Notes: generated from the letters alone by a model not told the origin. Numbered from the stretch's first letter, positions 28,693 through 39,958 are shown. The stretch is DNA of 46,974 bases from an uncultured Alphaproteobacteria bacterium (GCA_937941575.1 CALDHH010000065.1:1-46974), one strand, 5' to 3'. Made by a program: numbers and translations.

Positions 28693-29808
28693 ATGTATAA
28701 AAAATTGTCTTTATTAATTACCTTCATTATGGTTTTGAACCTATATCAAACTCCTGCATTTGCGAGAGGTAAAGGGCCATCCGGACCAACGCAAGTAATA
28801 ATAGCGCCAGTTACATTAAAAGATTATTCTGATACTATTGAAGCGCTGGGCACGACAAAATCAAATGAAATGGTTGTCATTAAAACCGATACATCAGAGA
28901 AAATATTAGAAATTCATTTTGAAGATGGACAAGAAGTTAAACAAGGCGATTTATTAATCACACTAACTAAAGCCGAAGAGGATGCCGATTTAAGAGCAGC
29001 TGAGGCTAGTTTACTTGAAGCAGACTCAGCCTATCAACGAGCTAAAAAATTACAGAAAAACAATGCTTTATCGACCAAAGTATTACAAGAGAGATTAACA
29101 ATATTACAACAAAGAAAAGCTAATATTGAAACCATCAAAGCTAGATTAGATAAACATATAATAACTGCTCCATTTGATGGAGTTTTGGGATTAAGAGAAG
29201 TTAGTATTGGAACATTACTACAACCAAATGACCCGATCACAACAATTGATGATATTACTAAGATCAAAGTTGATTTTGATGTGCCATCAACTTATCTATC
29301 TAGCTTAACAAAAGGCGCTAGTTTTGCTGGTAAAGTAGAAGCATTTCCAAACCAAGAATTCAAAGGAAAAATCCAAGCAATTAATACAAGGATTGATCCA
29401 GTAACTAGAACTGTTAAAACTCGTGGTATTATTAATAATCCAAATAAAATCTTAAAACCCGGTTTATTGATGAGCATTGATATTATTAAAAACCAAAGGC
29501 AAGCCATTGTAATTCCAGAAGAAAGCTTAATTAAACGTTCTGATAAAAACTTTGTATTTATAACGGATAAAAAAGAAGGCAAGCTATTTGCCAAAGAGAT
29601 TGAAGTTACAATTGGTACAAGAAAACCCGGTGAGATTGAGATATTATCTGGATTAAATGCAGGTGATAATATTATTGTACATGGTATTGTTAAGATCAAA
29701 GATAATTCCGAGATTAAAATTAAAGCCATCGAAGATAAAGATATGAGCTTGCAAGAATTAATAAAACAGGAGCAAGATAATAAAAAAGATAAGGGTGATC
29801 AAGAATGA
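28693..29808 (+). CDS. RND efflux periplasmic adaptor (membrane fusion protein)
   Basis: FEDGQEVKQGDLLITL, ITAPFDGVLG, RIDPVTRT, LKPG, EILSGLNAGD. Confidence 0.93.
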   Translation: MYKKLSLLITFIMVLNLYQTPAFARGKGPSGPTQVIIAPVTLKDYSDTIEALGTTKSNEMVVIKTDTSEKILEIHFEDGQEVKQGDLLITLTKAEEDADLRAAEASLLEADSAYQRAKKLQKNNALSTKVLQERLTILQQRKANIETIKARLDKHIITAPFDGVLGLREVSIGTLLQPNDPITTIDDITKIKVDFDVPSTYLSSLTKGASFAGKVEAFPNQEFKGKIQAINTRIDPVTRTVKTRGIINNPNKILKPGLLMSIDIIKNQRQAIVIPEESLIKRSDKNFVFITDKKEGKLFAKEIEVTIGTRKPGEIEILSGLNAGDNIIVHGIVKIKDNSEIKIKAIEDKDMSLQELIKQEQDNKKDKGDQE

Positions 29809-32800
29809 TCCTATCTGATATATCAGTAACCAGACCAGTATTCGCATCAGTAATATCATTATTATTAATTGCATTCGGGCTAGTTTCATTTTCAAAATTA
29901 CCATTACGAGAATATCCTGATATTGATCCACCAGTTGTGTCAATCGATACATCTTATCAAGGCGCATCGGCTAATATTGTTGAAACTAGAATAACTGAAT
30001 TAATCGAAGATCGGATTTCTGGAGTTGAAGGAATAAGATTTATCTCATCCAGTTCCAAAGATGGGCGTTCAAGAATTAATATTGAATTTAATATTGATAG
30101 AGATATAGAAGCTGCAACTAATGATATCCGAGATCGAGTATCAGGTGTCATTGATAACTTGCCCGAAGAAGCTGAACCGCCCGATGTCCAAAAAGCGGAT
30201 TCAAGTGATGATGTCATATTATGGCTGAACCTGACCAGTACCAGAATGGATACTTTAGAATTAACTGATTTTGGTAAAAGATATATGCAAGATAGATTTT
30301 CTGTTCTGCCCGGTGTTGCCAGAGTTCGAATTGGTGGTGGTTTAGAATATTCAATGCGGATATGGCTTGATCGTAAAAAAATGGCGGCTAAGAATATTAC
30401 CGTTGCTGATGTTGAGAATGCTCTCCGTTCTGAAAATGTTGAACTGCCCGCAGGTAGCCTAGAATCCATTGAAACACAATTCACGGCAAGGATAGAGCGT
30501 GCTTATCAAAGCCCAGAAGACTTTAAAAGACTGGTTATTGCCCGATCTGATGATTACTTAATTAGGCTTGGGGATATTGCAAGGGTTGAAAAAGAGGCGA
30601 TTGAGAAAAGAACCTTCTTCCGTGGTAATACTGTACCCATGGTTGGAATTGGCATTATCAAACAATCAAAAGCAAACACCATCGCAGTTGCCAATGCGGC
30701 CATTGAACTTGCCGATAAAATTCGCCCGAATTTACCATCGGGAATGGAAATCATAAATTCATATAATTCAGCTGTATTCATCGAAAATGCGGTAAAGGAA
30801 GTTTATAAAACATTATTCATCGCAATGTTATTAGTCGTATTTGTAATTTATATATTCTTGGGTAATGTTCGGGCAATGTTAATCCCTGCGGTAACTGTTC
30901 CAATATCTCTAACTGCAACATTTATAATGTTATATATGTTTGATTTTTCGATAAATCTTTTAACTTTATTGGCTCTAGTTTTGGCAATTGGTTTAATTGT
31001 TGATGATGCGATTGTGGTCTTGGAGAATATCTCTCGTCGTATTGAAAATGGAGAACCGCCTTTAACTGCGGCTTTTAAAGGAACAAGACAAGTAAGCTTT
31101 GCCGTAATTGCAACCACCCTTGTTTTAATATCTGTATTTATCCCAATTACTTTCTTGGATGGTGATTTAGGTAGATTATTTACTGAATTCTCCATTACAA
31201 TTTCAGCTGCGGTTGTTTTCTCAAGCTTTGTTGCTTTAACCCTTTGCCCAATGATGGCATCAAAACTATTGAAGAAAAGCGAGAAAAAAGGCTTAAATAA
31301 TAAAATCAATAATCTATTTGAAAAGTTTAAGTTATTCTATGAATTCTTGCTTATCAAAGCCTTAAGAATGAAGATTATAGTCATTGCCTTATTTGCCCTG
31401 ATTGCATCATCCACAATCTTATTTGTAAATATCCTGCCATCTGAATATGCTCCAAAAGAAGATCGGGGTGCATTTTTCTTATTCGTAACTGGACCAGAAG
31501 GCGCATCATTTGAATATATCAAAGAATATATGGAAGAGATTGAACAAAGATTAATGCCATATGTGGAAAGCGGAGAGATCACCAGATCACTAGTCCGTGC
31601 CCCAAGAGGGTTTGGTAACATCGCTAGCTTTAATAATGGTATAGTGATCATCGTATTAAATGATTGGGCAAAAAGGCGACCAGCCAAACAAATAATGGGG
31701 GAGATTGCAGGTAAATTAAGTGATCTTCCTGGAGTGCGAGCATTCCCAGTAATGCGACAAGGTTTTGGGGGAGGTACATCTAAACCCATCCAATTTGTTC
31801 TCGGTGGTGGTACATATAAACAACTTGCTGAATGGAGAGATATTTTAATTGCAGAAGTAAATAAAGATAATCCTGGATTTACTGGAATTGATAGTGATTA
31901 TAAAGAAACAAAACCTCAGCTTCAAATTGTAATCAATAAAGAAAGAGCTGCTGATTTAGGCGTTGATATCCAGACAATAGGTAGAACTTTAGAGACCATG
32001 ATGGGATCAAGAAGGGTTACAACCTATATCGAAGATGGTGAAGAATATGATGTAATTATCGAAGGTGAACGGTCAAAGCAGAACACTCCGACTAATATGG
32101 AGAATATCTATGTTAGATCAAATACTACTAAAGAATTAATTCCACTTGGTAATTTAATTACCATTAAAGAATATGCAGATTCTGGCTCATTAAACCGATA
32201 TAATAGAACTAGATCAATTACTATTGAAGCTGGGTTAAAAGAAGGTTATGCCATTGGCGAAGCCTTAGAATATTTAAAAAACCTAACCAAAGAACATCTA
32301 CCCGATAGCGTAATAATTGATTACAAAGGTGAATCTTTGGATTATCAATCTAGTGGTTCTTCTTTGATATTTGTCTTTATTCTGGGTTTGATGGTTGTGT
32401 TCTTGGTTTTGGCGGCTCAGTTCGAAAGCTATATCCACCCTATCGTTATAATATTAACTGTACCTCTTGCAATATCTGGGGCTTTGGCTGGTTTATATTT
32501 TACTGATAATTCTTTAAATGTTTATACCCAGATCGGTTTAATCATGTTAATCGGGCTATCCGCTAAAAACGGTATATTAATTGTTGAATTTATTAATCAG
32601 TTACGTGATGAAGGCATGGAATTTTCAAAAGCATTAATTGAAGCATCGAAGATAAGATTAAGACCAATTATAATGACTGGTATTACAACAATTGCAGGAT
32701 CCATACCGCTGATATTATCAACGGGAGCAGGTTCAGAGACTAGGGTTGCAATTGGTTATGTTATATTATTTGGGGTTATGGCTTCCAGCATATTTACCCT

Positions 32801-32924
32801 GTTTATTGTACCAGTAGTCTATGATTTAATTGCAAAAAATACAGGTTCACCAAATGACGTGAAACGGGCATTAGAACTAGAAAATAGTCTAATTAAAAAA
32901 AGCAAAAGAAAGAAACCAGCATGA
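29805..32924 (+). CDS. RND efflux permease (AcrB/AcrD/AcrF family)
   Basis: RPVFA, LPLREYPDIDPPVV, AIGLIVDDAIVVLENI, GLSAKNGILIVEF, RLRPIIMT; ATGA overlap with the adaptor gene. Confidence 0.96.
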   Translation: MILSDISVTRPVFASVISLLLIAFGLVSFSKLPLREYPDIDPPVVSIDTSYQGASANIVETRITELIEDRISGVEGIRFISSSSKDGRSRINIEFNIDRDIEAATNDIRDRVSGVIDNLPEEAEPPDVQKADSSDDVILWLNLTSTRMDTLELTDFGKRYMQDRFSVLPGVARVRIGGGLEYSMRIWLDRKKMAAKNITVADVENALRSENVELPAGSLESIETQFTARIERAYQSPEDFKRLVIARSDDYLIRLGDIARVEKEAIEKRTFFRGNTVPMVGIGIIKQSKANTIAVANAAIELADKIRPNLPSGMEIINSYNSAVFIENAVKEVYKTLFIAMLLVVFVIYIFLGNVRAMLIPAVTVPISLTATFIMLYMFDFSINLLTLLALVLAIGLIVDDAIVVLENISRRIENGEPPLTAAFKGTRQVSFAVIATTLVLISVFIPITFLDGDLGRLFTEFSITISAAVVFSSFVALTLCPMMASKLLKKSEKKGLNNKINNLFEKFKLFYEFLLIKALRMKIIVIALFALIASSTILFVNILPSEYAPKEDRGAFFLFVTGPEGASFEYIKEYMEEIEQRLMPYVESGEITRSLVRAPRGFGNIASFNNGIVIIVLNDWAKRRPAKQIMGEIAGKLSDLPGVRAFPVMRQGFGGGTSKPIQFVLGGGTYKQLAEWRDILIAEVNKDNPGFTGIDSDYKETKPQLQIVINKERAADLGVDIQTIGRTLETMMGSRRVTTYIEDGEEYDVIIEGERSKQNTPTNMENIYVRSNTTKELIPLGNLITIKEYADSGSLNRYNRTRSITIEAGLKEGYAIGEALEYLKNLTKEHLPDSVIIDYKGESLDYQSSGSSLIFVFILGLMVVFLVLAAQFESYIHPIVIILTVPLAISGALAGLYFTDNSLNVYTQIGLIMLIGLSAKNGILIVEFINQLRDEGMEFSKALIEASKIRLRPIIMTGITTIAGSIPLILSTGAGSETRVAIGYVILFGVMASSIFTLFIVPVVYDLIAKNTGSPNDVKRALELENSLIKKSKRKKPA

Positions 32925-34306
32925 AGAAAACTGCAATTATAATATCTGCATTAATTTTATCTGGTTGTGCGGTTGGTCCTGATTATAAATCGCCTAGCAC
33001 TTCATTTGAAAATAAATGGTTTTCTTCCAAATCTAAACAAGTCTCCAATGCAGAAATTGATGTTACTTGGTGGAAGATATTTAATGATGATTTATTAAAT
33101 AAGTATATTGAACAATCTAAGCTAAATAACAAAGATGTTAAAACCGCCCTTATCAATATAAACAAATCCAGAAGCCTAAGCCAGATTTCGTTAAGCTCAA
33201 CCTTACCAGAGATTAATGCCGATGCAGGCTTCGATCGATCAAAATTTAGCAATAGTAATAGCAGTAATAACTCAGGAAATATCCGAAATCTATATGATGT
33301 AAATTTTGATGCCTCATGGGAATTAGATATATTTGGTGGAAATAGGCGCCATTTAGAGGCAGCCGATGCTAGAATTGGACAAGCGATTGCCTCATACGAT
33401 AACGTCATGTTATCCACCCTATCCGATGTTGCCCGAAATTATTATGAAGCTCGTGGCTATCAAAAACGAATAAAAATATTACAGAAAAATGTTAATCTTC
33501 TAAAACAAACCCATAGCCTATTAAAGAAAAGAGCCAAATTAGGTGAGGCTAGTGAATTTGATTTAGTTCGAGCATTCGGAGAATATCAAGCTACTCAAGC
33601 CAGAATACCAAATATCAGAGCCGAGCTAGATGCATCAATATTCAAGCTATCAATATTATTGGGATTACCACCAGAGGCATTATTAGTAGAGATGAATGAC
33701 TCCAAACCACTCCCAATAATTACCAATATAATTCCAATCGGAATGCGTGCAGATATCCTAAGAAGAAGACCAGATATTAAAATTGCTGAACGAAAATTAG
33801 CCGCATCAAGCGCCGATATTGGAGTTGAGATTGCTGAGTTATTTCCAAAATTCTTTATAACTGGGGATCTTGGATCGCAAGCTAAAAACTTTGCGGATCT
33901 ATTTACAAGCTCGGCTGGAGTTTGGTCATTGGGCAGTAACCTTACTTGGTCGATATTCAATAGTTTTAATACAAAAGCCAATATTAATATTGCCAAATCT
34001 GATAATAAAATTGCTCTGTTAGAATATGAGAAATCTATATTAGAAGCATTACGAGATGTTGAGACATCCTTAACCATGTATGGTAGAGAATATGAGACTA
34101 GAGATAGATTGAAAAAAAGCCTAAAAAGTCGTAAAAAAGCCGTTAACATTGCCAAGCAACTATTAGAAGCTGGTGAGACAGATTACCTAACTGTATTAGA
34201 TTCCCAGAGGGAATTTATCAATGGTGAAGAAAGCCTAGTTATCTCAGAGACCAATACCGTTATAAAATTAATTGCTTTATATGCTGCTCTTGGAGGTGGA
34301 TGGTAA
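32921..34306 (+). CDS. RND outer-membrane factor lipoprotein (NodT/OprM family)
   Basis: Lipobox LSGC-AVGPDY, WWKIFND, ASWELDIFG, RRPDI..AE, LYAALGGGW; ATGA overlap with the permease gene. Confidence 0.94.
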   Translation: MKKTAIIISALILSGCAVGPDYKSPSTSFENKWFSSKSKQVSNAEIDVTWWKIFNDDLLNKYIEQSKLNNKDVKTALININKSRSLSQISLSSTLPEINADAGFDRSKFSNSNSSNNSGNIRNLYDVNFDASWELDIFGGNRRHLEAADARIGQAIASYDNVMLSTLSDVARNYYEARGYQKRIKILQKNVNLLKQTHSLLKKRAKLGEASEFDLVRAFGEYQATQARIPNIRAELDASIFKLSILLGLPPEALLVEMNDSKPLPIITNIIPIGMRADILRRRPDIKIAERKLAASSADIGVEIAELFPKFFITGDLGSQAKNFADLFTSSAGVWSLGSNLTWSIFNSFNTKANINIAKSDNKIALLEYEKSILEALRDVETSLTMYGREYETRDRLKKSLKSRKKAVNIAKQLLEAGETDYLTVLDSQREFINGEESLVISETNTVIKLIALYAALGGGW

Positions 34307-34424
34307 TTTTTGTTATCTGCTTTATACAGAAGCCGTAATTTATCAAGCATATCTAAACAATTGATTATTAAGTATAAAAAACAAAGTATTTTACCTTTAA
34401 AAAAATATAGCATATCATAATCAG

Positions 34425-34487
34425 ATGATAAATTTTATTGCAAAATATATGATAGAAAGCTCTATCCGACGAAGCCCCTTAGTTTAA
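34425..34487 (+). CDS. Candidate leaderless uORF MINFIAKYMIESSIRRSPLV
   Basis: The ATG sits at the predicted TSS of TTTACC(34390-34395)-N17-TATCAT(34413-34418). Contains CGA-CGA and overlaps two hairpins. Confidence 0.35.
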   Translation: MINFIAKYMIESSIRRSPLV

Positions 34488-34574
34488 AAACTGGGCTTTA
34501 AATAATATTTTTTCTTTTAATGCTTAGTTATCAAAAAAAATTACTGACAACTTCTATTGCATAAAGAAAATAAA

Positions 34575-35318
34575 ATGAAAAATTCAAGCATAATAATAAA
34601 AACTGGTACATTAAGAACTTCTGATTCAGAATTTCTTATCCAAGAAATTGATGCCTCTTTTATCGATCAAATATTACAATTACAGCAAGATATCTATGAT
34701 AGCCTGCCAGAAGAAAATAAATCATTTATATTAGTAAAGCCAAAGTCTTTTTTCGAAAATCATTTTAAAAGTGATCAGAATAAGATGATTGGCATCTTTG
34801 TTGATAATAAGCTAATTGCTCAATCCATAATATTACAACCAACCATAGATAACCCAAGCACTGGCATGGTTGATATGGAGAATATTGATGATGTAGAAAG
34901 CCTATCTATTATCGAAGGCGTATTAGTTAATCCAGAATTTAGAGGTAACTCTTTGATGGAAGAAATGGTTACAATCTGGTTAGATATTGCAGAGAAAATG
35001 GGCAGAAAACATGCAATTGCAGAAGTTGTAACCGATAATCCATTTAGCTGGAATGTATTCTTAAAAAAGAACTTAAACATCCATTCAATCGGCATTGACC
35101 CAGATGATCAAACAAAGCTTTATAATATGCATGAAACAATTGATAATATTAGAGAAAAAGAATTAAAAGGCCCATTTAATTACCATGGCGCCAAACCAAA
35201 AAAATCTTGCCATGTCGAAGATTTTAAACAGCAAAGCCAATTAATGACTCAAGGTTACAAAGGTATCTCATATAGCAAACCAGACAGCCAAATGTTAATG
35301 GCAAGATTCAAGTATTAA
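34575..35318 (+). CDS. GNAT-family N-acetyltransferase
   Basis: Motif A VLVNPEFRGNSL and motif B AEVVTDNPFSWNVFLK. ATG 34575 preferred over TTG 34557. Confidence 0.75.
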   Translation: MKNSSIIIKTGTLRTSDSEFLIQEIDASFIDQILQLQQDIYDSLPEENKSFILVKPKSFFENHFKSDQNKMIGIFVDNKLIAQSIILQPTIDNPSTGMVDMENIDDVESLSIIEGVLVNPEFRGNSLMEEMVTIWLDIAEKMGRKHAIAEVVTDNPFSWNVFLKKNLNIHSIGIDPDDQTKLYNMHETIDNIREKELKGPFNYHGAKPKKSCHVEDFKQQSQLMTQGYKGISYSKPDSQMLMARFKY

Positions 35319-35360
35319 AATATATTTGCTTATCTAAGATAATTCTTGCAAAATACCCTC

Positions 35361-36497
35361 ATGTTAAAATATATATTTATAATTTTTACCCTAATGATGA
35401 CTGGGTGTAGCGAAGCTGAAATAAAAGAGAGCTTTTCTTCCCAGCATCATAATTTCAAGACTAATATCATTACAACTGGCTTAGAACACCCATGGTCATT
35501 GGCTTTCTTACCAGCTGGAGAGTATTTGGTAACTGAACGCCGTGGTAAATTATGGCGGATAGATGAAGATGGTCAAAAATTTGAAATTGCTCGAGTTCCA
35601 GAAGTTCAGCATGAGGGACAAGGTGGATTATTAGATGTAATATTAGATCCAAATTTTGAAGATAATAAAATCATCTATTTTTCTTATTCAGCAACCGCAA
35701 AAGATAACGAAGATATTGCAAGCACAGAAGTTGCAAAAGCAAAACTGAATTTAAAACAAAATAAATTAGACAATATTGAAGTAATATTCACCTCCCTACC
35801 GAAACTAGAAGGCGGTAATCATTGGGGAAGCAGGATTTTATTTGCACCGGATGGTTATTTATATATAACAATTGGCGAGAGATTTAATCACGCTAAACAA
35901 GCCCAAAATCCAAAAAACCATTTGGGCTCAGTAATTAGAATTAAACCAGATGGGAGCCCAGCTCCAGATAATCCATTTATAAATGATCAGGTTAACAAAT
36001 CTGAGATATTTAGCTTTGGGCATAGAAACCCACAAGGGATTGCTTGGAATTATATTACAGAGCAAGTCTGGCTGCATGAGCATGGACCAAAAGGTGGAGA
36101 TGAAATTAATATCTTAAAATCTGGTGCAAATTACGGCTGGCCTTTGGTCACATTCGGAATTAACTATTGGGGAACCAAGATATCTGATAAAACAACTGAT
36201 CCAGATATGGAAGATTCAATATTACAATGGACTCCATCTATTGCCCCAAGTGGTATGGCTTTTTATCAAGGTAATAAATTTCCAAAATGGCAAGGTGATT
36301 TATTCGTAGGTGCTCTTGCAGGCAAGCATCTTAGACGTTTAAAATTCGATGGAAGTAAAATTATTGAGCAAGAGAAATTATTATCAACAAATGAAGAGAG
36401 AATAAGAGATGTTAGGATAGGTCAAGATGGATTTATATATGTCTTAAGCGATGAAGATAATGGTAGATTATTCAGATTAGAGCCAATAAGACCTTAA
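35361..36497 (+). CDS. PQQ-dependent sugar dehydrogenase (glucose/sorbosone dehydrogenase, YliI-like), probable lipoprotein
   Basis: MMTGC lipobox, GLEHPWSLAFLP, GQGGLLDV, GHRNPQG, EHGPKGGDEIN, NYGWP, WTPSIAPSG, RIRDV. Confidence 0.93.
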   Translation: MLKYIFIIFTLMMTGCSEAEIKESFSSQHHNFKTNIITTGLEHPWSLAFLPAGEYLVTERRGKLWRIDEDGQKFEIARVPEVQHEGQGGLLDVILDPNFEDNKIIYFSYSATAKDNEDIASTEVAKAKLNLKQNKLDNIEVIFTSLPKLEGGNHWGSRILFAPDGYLYITIGERFNHAKQAQNPKNHLGSVIRIKPDGSPAPDNPFINDQVNKSEIFSFGHRNPQGIAWNYITEQVWLHEHGPKGGDEINILKSGANYGWPLVTFGINYWGTKISDKTTDPDMEDSILQWTPSIAPSGMAFYQGNKFPKWQGDLFVGALAGKHLRRLKFDGSKIIEQEKLLSTNEERIRDVRIGQDGFIYVLSDEDNGRLFRLEPIRP

Positions 36498-39400
36498 TTT
36501 TCCAACCATTTAGCCAGCATATTTTCAATATCTTTCATTTTAAAAGGCTTGTTCAAATAATCATCCATACCAATATTTAAACATTTCTCTTTATCACCTA
36601 TCATGGCATCAGCGGTTAGTGCAACAATAGTTGTTCTTGTTTTAGATTTGTTTTTATTCTCATGCTTTCTGATTAATTTTGTTGATTCAAAGCCATCCAT
36701 TACTGGCATTTGACAATCCATAAATATCAAATCATAGTGCTTCTCTTTAACCATATCCAACGCTTGCTTACCATTTAAAGCTGCATCTACATCACATTTA
36801 AAATTACTTAAGATTTTCTTGATCAATATTAAGTTTACCGTAATATCCTCAACTACTAATATCTTTGCATTATCAAATATTTTAAAAACCTCTTGCCCAT
36901 TACTTTGAACTTCTCTTCTGGTCAAGTTTGTCAGGATATGCCTTGTAACCAAAGACTTTCTATCATTTTTCAGCTTAACATCAGAAAACATAATTTCTAA
37001 TATACCTTTTAATTGCTTTGGAAAAATTGGCTTTCTAACTAAACCATCTACACCATTTCCCTTTAATTCTTTATCCGTTGCAATATTACCCGATGTTGAT
37101 AATAAAACTTTTGGTTTTTCTTTGAAATCAGCATCATTTTTAAATCTATCTAATATCTTAATTGCATCTATCTTAAGCTCTAAATTATTAGAAATAATAA
37201 CTAAATCATATGGCTTGTTATTTTTATATTGCTTTTTAATATCATTATATGCTTTTAGATAAGTTCCAAATATTTTTACTTTCATATTGTAGCTAGATAG
37301 ATATTTGTTGAAGATTTGCTGATGTATTTCTTGTCCTTCTATAACCGCAACCTTCAAGCCACCTAAATCATGATTATTTAATTGATGCATAGAATCTTTT
37401 TTATCACTAATCCCAAGTTCCAGAACAAAAGTAAATTTAGAACCACTATCAGTATCACTATCTACCGTAATATCTCCCCCCATAAGATTTGCCAATTGTT
37501 TAGATATTGCTAAACCAAGCCCAGTACCGCCATATTTTCTTGTTGTTGATTCCTCGGCTTGAGAGAACTTGTTAAATATATAAGCCTGTTTATCTCTCGG
37601 TATTCCAATACCTGTATCCATTATTTCAAAAGATATATTAAACTTATTATCTTTTATTTTATCCCCAGATACTCTTAATAGGACATAGCCTTCCGTAGTA
37701 AATTTTACGGCATTACTTAATAAATTTAACAATACTTGCCTTATATGAGCCAAATCACCGATTAAATATTCTGGAATGTCATCATCTAAATCTAGTAATA
37801 ATTCGATATTTTTTTCATGAGCTTGAACTGTTAAAATTTCCATTATCTCATTTATATTTTTAATAAATGGAAATTCAGCTTGTTCAATCTCTACCCTACC
37901 AGCTTCAATCTTTGAGAAATCTAAAATACTATTAATAATCTCTAATAGATTTTCTCCTGAATTCTTTATTGTGTTGGTCCAAAAGAATTGCTCCGAGCTT
38001 AACTTACTATTCATTAATAGCTCTGTCATACCAAGTACACCACTCATTGGAGTTCTAATCTCATGGCTCATATTGGCCAAGAAATCACTCTTCTGTGCGT
38101 TTGCAGCTTCTGCTTCTATTTTTGATTTTTCTAATTCTTTGGTGTATTTAGTAAGTTTATTATTTAACTTTTGTTCTCTTTTAAGATTTATCTGCTCTAT
38201 TCTTCTTTGTCTTAATAAAATTAAGAAATAAAGCGCAATCACCAATGTAATTCCAAGAACTGATAATAGAACCATATATTCTTTACTATGAGAAGGCTTA
38301 TAAAAACCTTTATTATAGCCATATCTTAATTCCCAGATTCTATTATTAAAATAGAATTTATCTGAATATAATGGAGTTTCAAAATTAGAGTTTTTAAATA
38401 TTATAATTTCATTCTCTTTATTAGTAATATCGTATATTTTGAGCTTAACACCCTCAAATTCAGATTTTTTTAATTCTTTATTTAAAAAATCCTTACTATT
38501 GAAATGTATAGATAAAATTCCGTCTAAAGATTCAATTCTATTATCTCGATCTATTTTTACTTTATTCTTGTAGATTGGAGAGAAAATGAAAATATTATCT
38601 TTATATAAATTGCTGCCCAATAAATTATTTAATGGGTCAGATACTACATTAGTGTTATTTTTCACTGCCTCCATAGCCTTATTATACATTTTTTTATTCG
38701 AAGCAATATTCAGACCAAGCATTGAATATCCTTCTATAAAAGAAAATGAGTATAATACAGGAATCAATGCCTCTATCTCTTTCCCATCTTTCATATTAAT
38801 TATTGAATATTCTGGAACTTCTTTTCTAACATTATCAATGAAATCTACCTTATCTTTACTATCTAATAATTTTAGATATTCTACAGAGAGTATATTATCA
38901 TGGTCTTTTAAAATATTTGATGCAAAGGTTTTAAACTCTTCTCTATCGACAAAACCTGAAGAACTATAAAATGCTTTAATAGAACGAAGAACACTTAACT
39001 CATAAGAGAAGTTCGATTTTATATTACTCGAGAATTTCTTAGCATCAATTTCAAATTTATTATGTGCCTGCTTAACTTCTGAATTAGAAACTGAATAATA
39101 AGATACATATGAAGAGAATAACCCAAACAAAGCTATTAGAAGAATTGGGAAATAGAATCTTACCTTATGCTCAATATTATTATTCTCTTTATAATCATTT
39201 AATGTAATATATATATTGGAGATTAGGATAAAGAAGCTAACAATTATAATAAAAAATGCTAATTCTGTATGATCTTGGTCGATATCATATCTACAATCCG
39301 CCCAAGGAATGAAAACAGCAGCTTCAATTCCAGTATAATGCATTCCACATATTGCAAGCCCCATTATCAATGCCGCAATTATTTTAAGGGTTAATTTATG

Positions 39401-39958
39401 TTTGATTTCATTTCTTGTAATATGGAACATTATAATTAATGCGGCAGCAGAAGCCGTGATCGCGATTATGATAGATAGTATAAATAAATCTAACCTATAG
39501 AATAAATTTGAATCCATTAGCATGGCTTCCATACCCATGTAATGCATAAGACATATACCCAAACCTAATAAAACAGCTGAATAGCAAATTTTTACTATGC
39601 TCAATTTATTCGAAGAAACTATTTTTAAAGCAAAATAAGCAACAGTAATTGCAACTAACATAGATAAAAATGTTATATAATAGTTATATTCGACAAGCAT
39701 TTTCATTTTATATGAAAGCATTCCAACAAAATGCATAGACCATATCCCTGCCCCCATAGAGCAAGCACCGCTTATATGAATGAATTTTTTATTAAGTTTT
39801 TTATCATCCTTTATCAAATGACTTGAAAATCCAAGAGCAGTATACGATGCTAAAACCGCAATTATATAAGAAAATAACACCAGTGTTATATTATATACAC
39901 CGGTCTCAGCATTAGCTGGTAACTGGCCTGTTATAAAGAATAATGTACTATCCATCAT
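36494..39958 (-). CDS. Hybrid histidine kinase (MHYT-CHASE-HisKA-HATPase-pseudoREC-REC)
   Basis: MHFVGM, MHYMGM and MHYTG repeats; CHASE-like FVDREEFKTF; [13 protein letters not shown]; GGTGLGL. The first REC lacks the phospho-Asp (DLVIISNN); the second is intact (IFMDCQMP). Confidence 0.93.
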   Translation of the reverse strand: MMDSTLFFITGQLPANAETGVYNITLVLFSYIIAVLASYTALGFSSHLIKDDKKLNKKFIHISGACSMGAGIWSMHFVGMLSYKMKMLVEYNYYITFLSMLVAITVAYFALKIVSSNKLSIVKICYSAVLLGLGICLMHYMGMEAMLMDSNLFYRLDLFILSIIIAITASAAALIIMFHITRNEIKHKLTLKIIAALIMGLAICGMHYTGIEAAVFIPWADCRYDIDQDHTELAFFIIIVSFFILISNIYITLNDYKENNNIEHKVRFYFPILLIALFGLFSSYVSYYSVSNSEVKQAHNKFEIDAKKFSSNIKSNFSYELSVLRSIKAFYSSSGFVDREEFKTFASNILKDHDNILSVEYLKLLDSKDKVDFIDNVRKEVPEYSIINMKDGKEIEALIPVLYSFSFIEGYSMLGLNIASNKKMYNKAMEAVKNNTNVVSDPLNNLLGSNLYKDNIFIFSPIYKNKVKIDRDNRIESLDGILSIHFNSKDFLNKELKKSEFEGVKLKIYDITNKENEIIIFKNSNFETPLYSDKFYFNNRIWELRYGYNKGFYKPSHSKEYMVLLSVLGITLVIALYFLILLRQRRIEQINLKREQKLNNKLTKYTKELEKSKIEAEAANAQKSDFLANMSHEIRTPMSGVLGMTELLMNSKLSSEQFFWTNTIKNSGENLLEIINSILDFSKIEAGRVEIEQAEFPFIKNINEIMEILTVQAHEKNIELLLDLDDDIPEYLIGDLAHIRQVLLNLLSNAVKFTTEGYVLLRVSGDKIKDNKFNISFEIMDTGIGIPRDKQAYIFNKFSQAEESTTRKYGGTGLGLAISKQLANLMGGDITVDSDTDSGSKFTFVLELGISDKKDSMHQLNNHDLGGLKVAVIEGQEIHQQIFNKYLSSYNMKVKIFGTYLKAYNDIKKQYKNNKPYDLVIISNNLELKIDAIKILDRFKNDADFKEKPKVLLSTSGNIATDKELKGNGVDGLVRKPIFPKQLKGILEIMFSDVKLKNDRKSLVTRHILTNLTRREVQSNGQEVFKIFDNAKILVVEDITVNLILIKKILSNFKCDVDAALNGKQALDMVKEKHYDLIFMDCQMPVMDGFESTKLIRKHENKNKSKTRTTIVALTADAMIGDKEKCLNIGMDDYLNKPFKMKDIENMLAKWLEN

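Noticed and set aside
34451-34497. Guanidine or SAM riboswitch upstream of the GNAT gene
   Set aside because: The ACGA is not in twin hairpin loops as in guanidine-II, and I could not match any riboswitch consensus. Kept only as a uORF/hairpin candidate.
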